From the NCBI GenBank assembly GCA_964561495.1, contig CAZLPW010000005.1:434-64433 (forward strand): a stretch of DNA of 64,000 nucleotides. Direction: 5' to 3'. Shown here one piece after another: positions 46,558-55,184 of the stretch. Every line of letters begins with the position of its first letter. Position 1 is the stretch's first letter. The DNA comes from an uncultured bacterium. GTDB lineage: Bacteria; Fidelibacterota; Marinisomatia; Marinisomatales; UBA1611. The translations under genes and the position numbers were made by a program. Under the pieces are notes generated by a model. It worked only from the letters and a program-made list of their open reading frames with translations, made no database searches and was not told the origin of the DNA.

Positions 46558-49029
46558 TTATTTCATTAAGACCATCTTCTGAGTAAGCGTTTTCCCCATA
46601 TACGCCAATTTATAAATATACAAACCAGAGGCAATGTTACCTGCATACCAATTGACAGAGTGATATCCAGCCGAGAGTTCTTTATCTACAAGATTCATGA
46701 TCTGCTGACCACGTAAGTTATAAATGGAGAGATTAACAGCCTGTGATTCAGGAATTGAAAATTCAATTGTAGTCCGTGGATTAAAGGGATTAGGATAGTT
46801 CTGGTGTAGTGCAAACTCTTTTACTATGATATCATCATCGGTACTCATAGTTGTGGCCTGATCACCGATCCATGTATTTGACCAAACTTCACAGGTTTGA
46901 TGGGCGTTATCATCATTAGTTCTAGACATAACCATGATTGCTTCCATCCCGTTACCATCATTATCGTGGATCATCGGCTCAAAAGGGATACGCATTCCAT
47001 TAGCTGGAGTCAGCCTAACATCATCGTCAATCACTATTGCATCTAAAGAGATCCGAAACTCAAAAACATAGTCCGGATTAAAAACTTCATGATAATAATT
47101 TCCATCACCATGCAGAGCAAGCGACCCCGCCCCATTATCTGAGGTAGCACCTAATGGATCAAAATATATCTTGTAGTCTGGCTCCTGGCCTCTTTCCATT
47201 CCAACATGCTTTGGGCCACGCTGGTCGTACAAACCTATGCACATTTGAACAACGTCTGAGGTCCACCAACCACCACTCTGATCATCAACGACAACGTTAT
47301 CTAAAATTTCCGCAGCTAGATAAAGATAATCATTATCAATCGCGACGTAAAAAGTGCCGTGCAAATCATTATCATCATCTACTGTACCAAATCCAAGATG
47401 TGGGGTGCCGTATGAATTATCTGTAGCGCCAATCATAAAAGGAGCTATACCGCTATCATACCACTCTGACAAATCACCATCTGCCGCAAAGGTTGAAGGT
47501 GGATCAAGAGATATTGTTGGTACGCCTTTAGCATTGTTCAAAACCGCCGCTTCGGTCACACCTGGGGCGCCAACATTGTTAGACGCATCTTTACAAGCTA
47601 CCGCATAGTAATAACTAACACTATCATCCACTAAAGGGTTAAACAAATAATGTATCGCATTACCAAGGCCCTCTAATACATTAGTAGCAATAATGTCAAC
47701 CGAAGAGTCGTTTATATCTGTGATCGGGGATGCGCTAGCGTATACATTATAGGTTTCTCCATCTTCCCCACCAACATCATCCCATGTTACCAAATTATAG
47801 TTTGATGCAGGTGTTGCAAATATACCCTCAACAGCCTCTGGAGGAACAACATCTAAGACACCCATACTCATAAGAAACATATCATCAAAAGCGTAATCAA
47901 CTTCCACACCATCCCAGCGCGAAGCTACAATAACCGCTGTTACTGTTTCGGCCCCCTGAGGCATTACAAAATCGATTGAGTGCTCTTCCCATTGATCAGT
48001 TAAGTTCAGAAACACATCTCCAGTTGTGCCAACTATTGTTCCTGCCACATCCTTTGCTTCAAGCTTAAATGCTGCACCCGCGATAGTATCACCTAGCACT
48101 ATTTTACCAAAGCCACTGAAACGCCAAGTTTCACTGGGTTGAGCGGGTATGCTATCTTCAGTGTAATAAACTGCCCAATTATCAGTTACACCAATGCTTA
48201 GATAATTATCACCAGCGTAGGCTACTGAAGCATCACTTAGGACTTCGACGTGACCGCCACCCATAGCAGAGCCCCAGCCCATTCCATCATCCTGAGCGTC
48301 AACAAGTTCGAATCCAGGATTTGTCAATTTATTTAACGATCCAGTTAGCCTAAAATCATCTAACACAACTGTGCCTGTTACGTGGTCACCATCTCCACCG
48401 CCACTAACGGAAAATTCGAAATGGAATCCACCAATAACATCCTTATCAAGCTCGCCATTTCCTGTCTCCCCAGCCCATCCAGTAAGATTAAATCCACCGC
48501 CGCCCCAATCATCATTTCGAACAAGAGGCATAGTAACAGTATTCCAGCCAGGTTCATTATCAAGTATATAGATGAAAGAATAATAATACTCTCCCAATCC
48601 ATTGTAATAAACTGAGTCGGAGATATCACCATAATCACTCAAATTTAGTCTTAGATGTACACGACCCGCAGAGTCTTGAGGTACGGAATTATAATAGGAG
48701 AATGAAATACTATCATATCCTGACCAATCCCATGTCGCCAATCCTTGAGTTGAGTCGCTACCTGCTGCCATGTGAAATATCTTTGTATAGCCTCCCCATG
48801 CCTCACTGTTGTGGACACTATAGTCAATTTGCATGGCTCCGTCGCCCTCTACTCCAGGTCCAGATGGAATGTAACTGATAGTCACATTACTAAGAGTTGA
48901 ATCTGAATTCTCAGAACGATCATAGCCCCAGTATCCTTCCTCTGGCGCACTATCAAAATTATTTATCATTTGTCCATTTAAAAAAACAGGCAACAGTATT
49001 AGCATTAATGATTTTAACAGTCTACTCAT
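46558..49029 (-). CDS. non-catalytic multi-domain glycan-binding protein (CBM4/9-like, FN3-like, CBM9/DOMON-like) with a T9SS sorting domain
   Basis: NPGFELVD...GWG is CBM4_9-like, YNVYASASP...YYYAVACKD is FN3-like, and DGDLSEWYD...FYVAIDNDYLYLAAEI is CBM9-like. CTD: NYPNPFNPRTTIEF...KMVLMK. I saw no GH catalytic motif. Confidence 0.6.
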   Translation of the reverse strand: MSRLLKSLMLILLPVFLNGQMINNFDSAPEEGYWGYDRSENSDSTLSNVTISYIPSGPGVEGDGAMQIDYSVHNSEAWGGYTKIFHMAAGSDSTQGLATWDWSGYDSISFSYYNSVPQDSAGRVHLRLNLSDYGDISDSVYYNGLGEYYYSFIYILDNEPGWNTVTMPLVRNDDWGGGGFNLTGWAGETGNGELDKDVIGGFHFEFSVSGGGDGDHVTGTVVLDDFRLTGSLNKLTNPGFELVDAQDDGMGWGSAMGGGHVEVLSDASVAYAGDNYLSIGVTDNWAVYYTEDSIPAQPSETWRFSGFGKIVLGDTIAGAAFKLEAKDVAGTIVGTTGDVFLNLTDQWEEHSIDFVMPQGAETVTAVIVASRWDGVEVDYAFDDMFLMSMGVLDVVPPEAVEGIFATPASNYNLVTWDDVGGEDGETYNVYASASPITDINDSSVDIIATNVLEGLGNAIHYLFNPLVDDSVSYYYAVACKDASNNVGAPGVTEAAVLNNAKGVPTISLDPPSTFAADGDLSEWYDSGIAPFMIGATDNSYGTPHLGFGTVDDDNDLHGTFYVAIDNDYLYLAAEILDNVVVDDQSGGWWTSDVVQMCIGLYDQRGPKHVGMERGQEPDYKIYFDPLGATSDNGAGSLALHGDGNYYHEVFNPDYVFEFRISLDAIVIDDDVRLTPANGMRIPFEPMIHDNDGNGMEAIMVMSRTNDDNAHQTCEVWSNTWIGDQATTMSTDDDIIVKEFALHQNYPNPFNPRTTIEFSIPESQAVNLSIYNLRGQQIMNLVDKELSAGYHSVNWYAGNIASGLYIYKLAYMGKTLTQKMVLMK

Positions 49030-49180
49030 ATTAACTTCTCCCTTACTTTTCTTTCAAGAATATAAAATAACTTGATTCTACATTCCACTCCTTAAAGTCT
49101 AAAAGCATAGCCCTAAGCAGATAAAATATTCCACACACTAACCCCCTACCCTATTAAAAATAATATGTTATATTTAAAAG

Positions 49181-49228
49181 ATGCAATCTTTTTTCATAAT
49201 TTTTAAAAAAATGAAAAAAATTTGCAAT
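49181..49228. promoter_or_regulatory. Imperfect 48-bp palindrome in the divergent control region; candidate LacI-family operator
   Basis: ATGCAATCTTTTTTCAT-N13-ATGAAAAAAATTTGCAAT. Each arm carries a TGCAA half-site-like core. Confidence 0.3.
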
Positions 49229-49288
49229 AATAAATTTTAATTAATATCTTAACCGAATATTTTTTATTTAAAAATTAGTAGATAACTC

Positions 49289-50317
49289 TTGCGCACAACT
49301 CTTAAACACGTATCCGAAGATACTGGACTTTCCATCGCGACTGTATCCAGAGCTCTTCGTCGCAAACGAAGAAACTATTCCTCTAACGAAGAAAAAATCT
49401 ACGCATCAGCACGCAGACTGGGCTATCCATTTATAGGAAAAGATAAACACTCTGGTCAACTAACTATTGCCCTTGTGAGTGAGCTTTTTGGGGGAGAGTT
49501 CTATGCAAATTTTTTGCATGGGTTTTATAAAGCCAGTAAAAACACCTCCTCTGAGGTAGTAATCATTAACCTTGCAAAACATAGTGAAGACCCAATAGAG
49601 TATATTATAAGCTTAAGTAAGAAATATTCAGGAATCTGTCTTTTCCTTCCAAGCTTGGACAATAAAGATTATTTAAAAATAAAGGATGGGGTAGGCCAAT
49701 ATCCTATAGTTACACTCACTCCTATAAAAAATCCAAAGATTGACACAATCACATTTGACTCTTACGCTGGCGGATATATGATAGCCAAACACTTTGAAGA
49801 GCTTGGCTATAAAAATTTTGGTTTTATATCCGGCCCAAAGCATCCAATAATGGGCACATTTAAGCAACCACCTATAGATGCAATTTTTAGGAAAAATGGT
49901 TTTCTTGATCATATATCTGAAAATCCATCTCTCCAACTTGTCTGGACTTTTGATGGCGACTTTTCAAGCTCAACTGGTAGAGTTGCATTTGAAGACTTCA
50001 GCAAACGCAATCTAAATGATGTGGCTATTTTTGGCTGTAACGATGAAACGTGTTATGGGTTTATTAAAGGGGCAACAGAAAATGGTTACAAAGTACCCGA
50101 AGACTTCATTATAGCTGGATACGATAATCTTACATTCTCAGAAATAATAACTCCTGAGCTTACATCAATATATACTGATTTTTTTCTTTTAGGAAGTAAA
50201 GCGATTAAAATGATTGAAAACCTGATTGAGAACGAAAACGATAGCGTTGGCAATATAACTATGGTTCCTGTAAAGATTTTAAAACGAAAAAGTACAAATA
50301 TTCATACTTTGGACTAA
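49289..50317 (+). CDS. LacI-family transcriptional regulator (TTG start)
   Basis: HTH: LKHVSEDTGLSIATVSRALR. It is followed by a periplasmic-binding-protein-like sugar-sensor fold (IFGCNDETCYG, AGYDN). Confidence 0.88.
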   Translation: MRTTLKHVSEDTGLSIATVSRALRRKRRNYSSNEEKIYASARRLGYPFIGKDKHSGQLTIALVSELFGGEFYANFLHGFYKASKNTSSEVVIINLAKHSEDPIEYIISLSKKYSGICLFLPSLDNKDYLKIKDGVGQYPIVTLTPIKNPKIDTITFDSYAGGYMIAKHFEELGYKNFGFISGPKHPIMGTFKQPPIDAIFRKNGFLDHISENPSLQLVWTFDGDFSSSTGRVAFEDFSKRNLNDVAIFGCNDETCYGFIKGATENGYKVPEDFIIAGYDNLTFSEIITPELTSIYTDFFLLGSKAIKMIENLIENENDSVGNITMVPVKILKRKSTNIHTLD

Positions 50318-50335
50318 CTTAAAAGCATAAATAGA

Positions 50336-51616
50336 TTGATTAAAATTGCTTTCACCCTTATCCTATCTGCTATGATTTTTTGCTGTAAAAAAAATGATAA
50401 AGCACCTTCAGATGAATATAGAAAATTAGTTTGGCACGATGAATTTGATAAAAAAGATGTCAACCTGAATGAATGGACGTTTGACATTGGAACTGGAGCC
50501 CCCGAATTTGAGAATTATGGTACTAGCTCACCCAATTTTAAACCTGAAAATTTTCCCGCAGACAACTTTACCGTAAGATGGTCTGGTAAAATAAAAATTG
50601 ATCAGACATCCGACTACACTATTTATATTGTTTCTGATGATGGGGTGAGATTGTTTATTGATAAAAAACTAGTCATAGATAAGTGGACACCTCAACCAGC
50701 TACAGAATCTTTAGGGGAAATTTATCTAGAGGCAAATAAAACCTATCCCATAATTTTAGAATATTTTGAAGAATCTGGTGGAGAAGCATTAATACTAGGT
50801 TGGGAGTCAGAATTATTTGGGAAATGTCTCATTCCCAATAAAAATCTAATATCGGAAAACGGCCAGTCTGGCTTGACTGGCAGATATTTTCCTAACCAAA
50901 CCTTTGACTTTTCTGATTCTAGCAAAATTATAACTAGAATTGACTCAGTCCTAAATTGGGTTTCAGGTGTAGGCTGGGGAAACAATGAGCTCCAATACTA
51001 TACAAATTCAAGTGATAACGTGAGAATTGAAAATGGAAAATTAATTATCGAAGCTAAGAATCAATTGTACAAGGGCTCTGAATACACTTCATCAAGGATT
51101 AAAACTAAAAGTAGTTGGAAATATGGTAGATTTGAAATTTTTGCTCGTTTACCCCAAGGTAGAGGCACATGGGCAGCAGGTTGGGCTCTTCCTACGGACT
51201 GGGTATATGGGCCTTGGCCATTTAGTGGCGAGATTGATATTTTTGAACACGTTGGCCACGAACAAGATTTAATTGTAAGCTCGCTACATAATATTGCACA
51301 CTCTGGTGATGTGTCTAGGTCAGACCAACAAGGTAAAAGTCACCTTGAAAATGCATGTGATAGTTTTAACCTTTATGCACTAGAATGGGAAAAAGATAAA
51401 ATAAAAATATTTGTTAATAACCACCTTCAATTGGAATACAATAAAAATAATCAAGGATGGGAGCGCTGGCCTTTTGATCAACCTTTCCATCTGATATTTA
51501 ATATCGCCATAGGAGGATCATGGGGTGGATTAAAAGGGGTTGACAACAGTATTTTTCCTTCAAAAATGGAAATAGATTATATAAGAGTCTATGAAAAGAT
51601 AGCTGATGGTAGTTAA
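50336..51616 (+). CDS. PA14-domain GH16 laminarinase (exported, lipoprotein-like)
   Basis: PA14: FTVRWSGKIKIDQTSDYTIYIVSDDGVRLFID. GH16: GRFEIFARLPQGRGTWAAGWALP and the catalytic GEIDIFEH. Confidence 0.9.
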   Translation: MIKIAFTLILSAMIFCCKKNDKAPSDEYRKLVWHDEFDKKDVNLNEWTFDIGTGAPEFENYGTSSPNFKPENFPADNFTVRWSGKIKIDQTSDYTIYIVSDDGVRLFIDKKLVIDKWTPQPATESLGEIYLEANKTYPIILEYFEESGGEALILGWESELFGKCLIPNKNLISENGQSGLTGRYFPNQTFDFSDSSKIITRIDSVLNWVSGVGWGNNELQYYTNSSDNVRIENGKLIIEAKNQLYKGSEYTSSRIKTKSSWKYGRFEIFARLPQGRGTWAAGWALPTDWVYGPWPFSGEIDIFEHVGHEQDLIVSSLHNIAHSGDVSRSDQQGKSHLENACDSFNLYALEWEKDKIKIFVNNHLQLEYNKNNQGWERWPFDQPFHLIFNIAIGGSWGGLKGVDNSIFPSKMEIDYIRVYEKIADGS

Positions 51617-53264
51617 ATATTTAAGAAAAAATATTCTCCTCACAGTAGCTATATATTTCATTTTTATTAGCTGTGAAGATGCCAGCTATCAAGAAAAAAG
51701 AGCCTTGACCATATTTCAAGAGTCTCAGGCTTCGTGGGTAAAAAATTTTAATCCTCTTACCCCAGCTGGATCTGCTCGCTGGCCCACGTCTTCAGGAATC
51801 TATGAGCCACTTTTTATTTATAATTCGGTAAAAGCTGAGTATGTGCCCTGGCTCGGATTGGATTATAATTGGAACTCCGAAAATACGATTCTCTTTTTAA
51901 AAACGCGCTCAGGGGTAAAGTGGTCAGATGGAAAACCATTCACAGCAGAGGATGTGGCTTTTACATTTAATCTCAAAAAAATGCACGCTGGATTAGACAC
52001 TCGTGATTCATGGAGCTATTTAAAAGAAGTTAGAGCATTAAATGACTCAACGGTTAAATTTGAGTTTAAACGTGTATATGTTCCTGGATTTGATGATGTT
52101 GTAGGACAGCCAATTGTTGCCAAACACATTTGGAAAGACATCGAGGATCCATTAAAGTTCACAAATCCAGAACCTGTTGGGACAGGGCCTTTCACAGAAA
52201 TCTTACGTTTTGAAAGTCAGATATGGGAATTAGGAAAAAATCTAAATTATTGGCAAAGTGGTAAGCCAGAAATAGAAAAATTAAAGTTCCCCACCTTTCC
52301 TGGTAACGAGCAAGTGACATTAGCTTTGATCAGCGGAAAGTTAGACTGGGCTGGAGCATTTATTCCCGCAATTGATAGAGTCTTTGTTGAAAAAGATCCT
52401 GAAAATCATAAATATTGGTTTCCACAAACTGGACACACAACATTTTTTTATTTAAATACAAAACAATCTACGTTTAAAGATAAAAATGTTAGGAAAGCAA
52501 TCAGCTATGCAATTGACAGAGAGCTTGTTGTCAAAGTTGGAATGTACGACTACACGGTTCCTGCTCATGTGACTGGCGTTTCTGGACAAATGTCAAAATG
52601 GCACCCTCCTGACCTAGTAAAAAGAGAAAACTGGGTTAAGTATAATCCTAAAAAAGCCAATGAAATATTAGATGGCGTTGGTTTTTCCAAAAATAATTCT
52701 GGAATGAGAGAGACTCAAAATGGAGAAATTTTATCCTTCGATATTATAATTGTCAGTGGTTGGAGCGACTGGATAAGATCTGCCCAGATCATTAGTAAAA
52801 ATCTTGAAGAAATTGGAATTAAGGCAAAAGTAAAAACTTATGATTTTGGTGCATGGATAAGCAGAATGCAAAAGGGCGAATTTGATATGGCTATTGGATG
52901 GGCCGAAAAAGGTACTACGCCTTTCCCCTTGTACAAGGGTATGATGGCGTCTGAATACATAAAGCCAGTTGGAACAGTAGCAGATGGTAACTGGCATCGT
53001 TTTAACCATCCGTTGGCAGACTCTTTATTCAGAGAGTTTGAGAAAACCTCAGATAAAAATGAGATACAAGAGATTCTTTTTGGGTTGCAATATTTATTTA
53101 TTGATCAAGCTCCAGCAATACCTTTATTTGCAGAGGCATCTTGGGCCGAGTGTAATACCAAATATTTTACTAACTTTCCCAGTGAAAAAAATCCATATGC
53201 TACACTTTCACCAAATTATCCACCAGAAAATCTTTTTGTTTTAGTCAATCTAAAGAATAAATGA
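51606..53264 (+). CDS. ABC transporter substrate-binding lipoprotein, family 5 (Opp/Dpp type)
   Basis: Lipobox FISC and the typical SBP_bac_5 layout (VKWSDGKPFTAEDVAFTF...). Confidence 0.88.
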   Translation: MVVKYLRKNILLTVAIYFIFISCEDASYQEKRALTIFQESQASWVKNFNPLTPAGSARWPTSSGIYEPLFIYNSVKAEYVPWLGLDYNWNSENTILFLKTRSGVKWSDGKPFTAEDVAFTFNLKKMHAGLDTRDSWSYLKEVRALNDSTVKFEFKRVYVPGFDDVVGQPIVAKHIWKDIEDPLKFTNPEPVGTGPFTEILRFESQIWELGKNLNYWQSGKPEIEKLKFPTFPGNEQVTLALISGKLDWAGAFIPAIDRVFVEKDPENHKYWFPQTGHTTFFYLNTKQSTFKDKNVRKAISYAIDRELVVKVGMYDYTVPAHVTGVSGQMSKWHPPDLVKRENWVKYNPKKANEILDGVGFSKNNSGMRETQNGEILSFDIIIVSGWSDWIRSAQIISKNLEEIGIKAKVKTYDFGAWISRMQKGEFDMAIGWAEKGTTPFPLYKGMMASEYIKPVGTVADGNWHRFNHPLADSLFREFEKTSDKNEIQEILFGLQYLFIDQAPAIPLFAEASWAECNTKYFTNFPSEKNPYATLSPNYPPENLFVLVNLKNK

Positions 53265-54247
53265 ATCAATCTCTTATTTACTTAATCCGTAGACTGGGCT
53301 TTTATTTGTTAGCAGGTTGGGCCGCGATTACTCTAAACTTTTTTATACCAAGGTTAATGCCTGGTGACCCGGCATCAATTATTTTTGCAAGGTTTAGAGG
53401 AAAATTAAAACCTGAAGCAATGAACGCGCTTAGAGAAACCTTCGGTCTCACTGATGAACCATTAATAGGACAATATTGGACATATCTAAAAAGCATATTA
53501 CAAGGTGATTTGGGTATATCTATTGCCTACTTCCCAGAGCCAGTAACAAGCGTAATAGCCTCTGGGCTTTCATGGACTATTTTTCTTGCTGGTACTTCAT
53601 TAATAATCTCTTTTGCAATTGGAACTTTCTTAGGAATTCTGATTGCTTGGAACAGAGGCGGAAAGCTGGACTCGATTTTACCCCCATCTCTGGCATTCAT
53701 AGGCGCATTCCCTTATTTTTGGCTTGCAATGGTTTTTTTGTATTTGTTTGGTTTTAAGCTTGGCTGGTTTCCTTTGGGACATTCATATAGTGACAGTGTA
53801 ACACCTGGCTTAAATATCCAATTTATATTGAGCGCAATCTACCACGCCATACTACCAGCTTTGACTATGATTTTAGTTAGTATTGGAGGATGGATGTTGT
53901 CAATGAGAAACACAATGATTGCCACGTTAGGGGCAGACTATATTAACTTTGCAAGAGCTAAAGGGTTACGATCAAGATTGATAATGCTTAGGTATGCGGC
54001 TCGAAACGCTATACTACCAAATTTTACTGGTTTTGGCATGGCGCTAGGCTTTGTTTTGAGTGGTGCATTGTTAACTGAAATTATTTTTTCATATCCAGGA
54101 CAAGGCTATCTGCTACTCCAAGCAGTTACATCACAGGACTTTCCTCTGATGCAAGGCGTTTTTATGACGATAACTTTTACAGTTTTAGCAGCAAATTGGC
54201 TTGTAGATATTGCAATTCTTTTTTTAGATCCAAGGACTCGAAGCTAG
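53261..54247 (+). CDS. ABC transporter permease (OppB/DppB type)
   Basis: RLGFYLLAGWAAITLNFFIPRLMPGDP, with the EAA-loop region ARAKGLRSRLIMLRYAARNA. Confidence 0.9.
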   Translation: MNQSLIYLIRRLGFYLLAGWAAITLNFFIPRLMPGDPASIIFARFRGKLKPEAMNALRETFGLTDEPLIGQYWTYLKSILQGDLGISIAYFPEPVTSVIASGLSWTIFLAGTSLIISFAIGTFLGILIAWNRGGKLDSILPPSLAFIGAFPYFWLAMVFLYLFGFKLGWFPLGHSYSDSVTPGLNIQFILSAIYHAILPALTMILVSIGGWMLSMRNTMIATLGADYINFARAKGLRSRLIMLRYAARNAILPNFTGFGMALGFVLSGALLTEIIFSYPGQGYLLLQAVTSQDFPLMQGVFMTITFTVLAANWLVDIAILFLDPRTRS

Positions 54248-54251
54248 CACG

Positions 54252-55184
54252 ATGATGATTTACAATAATGATAGTATTTTATACAGATGGGTTAGAGGGG
54301 TTTTAGCAAATAAAAAGGCTATTTTAGGAACTTCCCTTGTAGGCTTTTTTATTTTTTTTTCAATATTTGGTCAGTTATTTACAAAAGATCCTACTGCATT
54401 TTTAAGCACTCCGCTTTCGCCACCATCCACAGATTATTGGTTTGGGACAAACGGACAAGGCCAAGACGTCTTTGCGCAAACAATAGCTGGTAGCCGACAA
54501 ACTTTATTCGTTGGATTTACTACTGGTTTTTTGGTTGTAATTATTGGGTCTTTGATAGGAGGAATTTCTGGTTATTATGGAGGTCGCATAGATGATATTC
54601 TTTCTTTATTAATAAATATTTTTTTAGTAATGCCAGGCCTACCTCTAATGGTTATTCTCGCAAGTTGGTTGCCATCAGGCCCACTCACGCTTATAGGAGT
54701 ATTATCTCTAACTGGTTGGGCATGGAATGCTCGGGTTATTCGTTCCCAGATGATGGCGTTTAAAAATCGTGACTTCGTTTCTGCTGCAATTATTAGCGGA
54801 GAAAGAAATATAAGAATCATAGTTGTTGAGATTATGCCAAGAATGTTATCCCTAATTGCTTCATCCTTCATAGGGGCTACTATTTATTCAATAGGGGCCC
54901 AAGTTGCACTAGAGTTTTTGGGTCTTGGTGATGTTAGCACTGTAACATGGGGTAATAATTTATATTGGGCCAGTAATGATCTCGCACTCCTCACTGGCTC
55001 TTGGTGGACTTTTGTTCCGACAGGCTTGAGCGTTGCGATTATTAGTTTCTCATTAACACTTATAAATTTTGGTATTGATGAGGTCACTAATCCTAGGCTT
55101 ATTTCGGAGCGAATCTGGAAAGAAAAAATTTCAAATAATGATACCATTGACGGTGTTACTCCTGTTAGAAAAATAAATGAGTAA
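54252..55184 (+). CDS. ABC transporter permease (OppC/DppC type)
   Basis: YWFGTNGQGQDVFAQ and the AAIISGERNIRII loop. Confidence 0.9.
   Translation: MMIYNNDSILYRWVRGVLANKKAILGTSLVGFFIFFSIFGQLFTKDPTAFLSTPLSPPSTDYWFGTNGQGQDVFAQTIAGSRQTLFVGFTTGFLVVIIGSLIGGISGYYGGRIDDILSLLINIFLVMPGLPLMVILASWLPSGPLTLIGVLSLTGWAWNARVIRSQMMAFKNRDFVSAAIISGERNIRIIVVEIMPRMLSLIASSFIGATIYSIGAQVALEFLGLGDVSTVTWGNNLYWASNDLALLTGSWWTFVPTGLSVAIISFSLTLINFGIDEVTNPRLISERIWKEKISNNDTIDGVTPVRKINE

Noticed and set aside
47154-48638. Track ORFs 47154..47426, 47354..47608, 48371..48571, 48378..48638 and 48382..48615.
   Set aside because: They are shadows inside the 823-aa CBM/T9SS gene and have no independent start context or recognisable motifs.
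52731-53757. Track ORFs 52731..53009 (-), 52984..53244 (+), 53302..53496 (-) and 53572..53757 (+).
   Set aside because: They are shadows inside the ABC binding-protein and permease genes.
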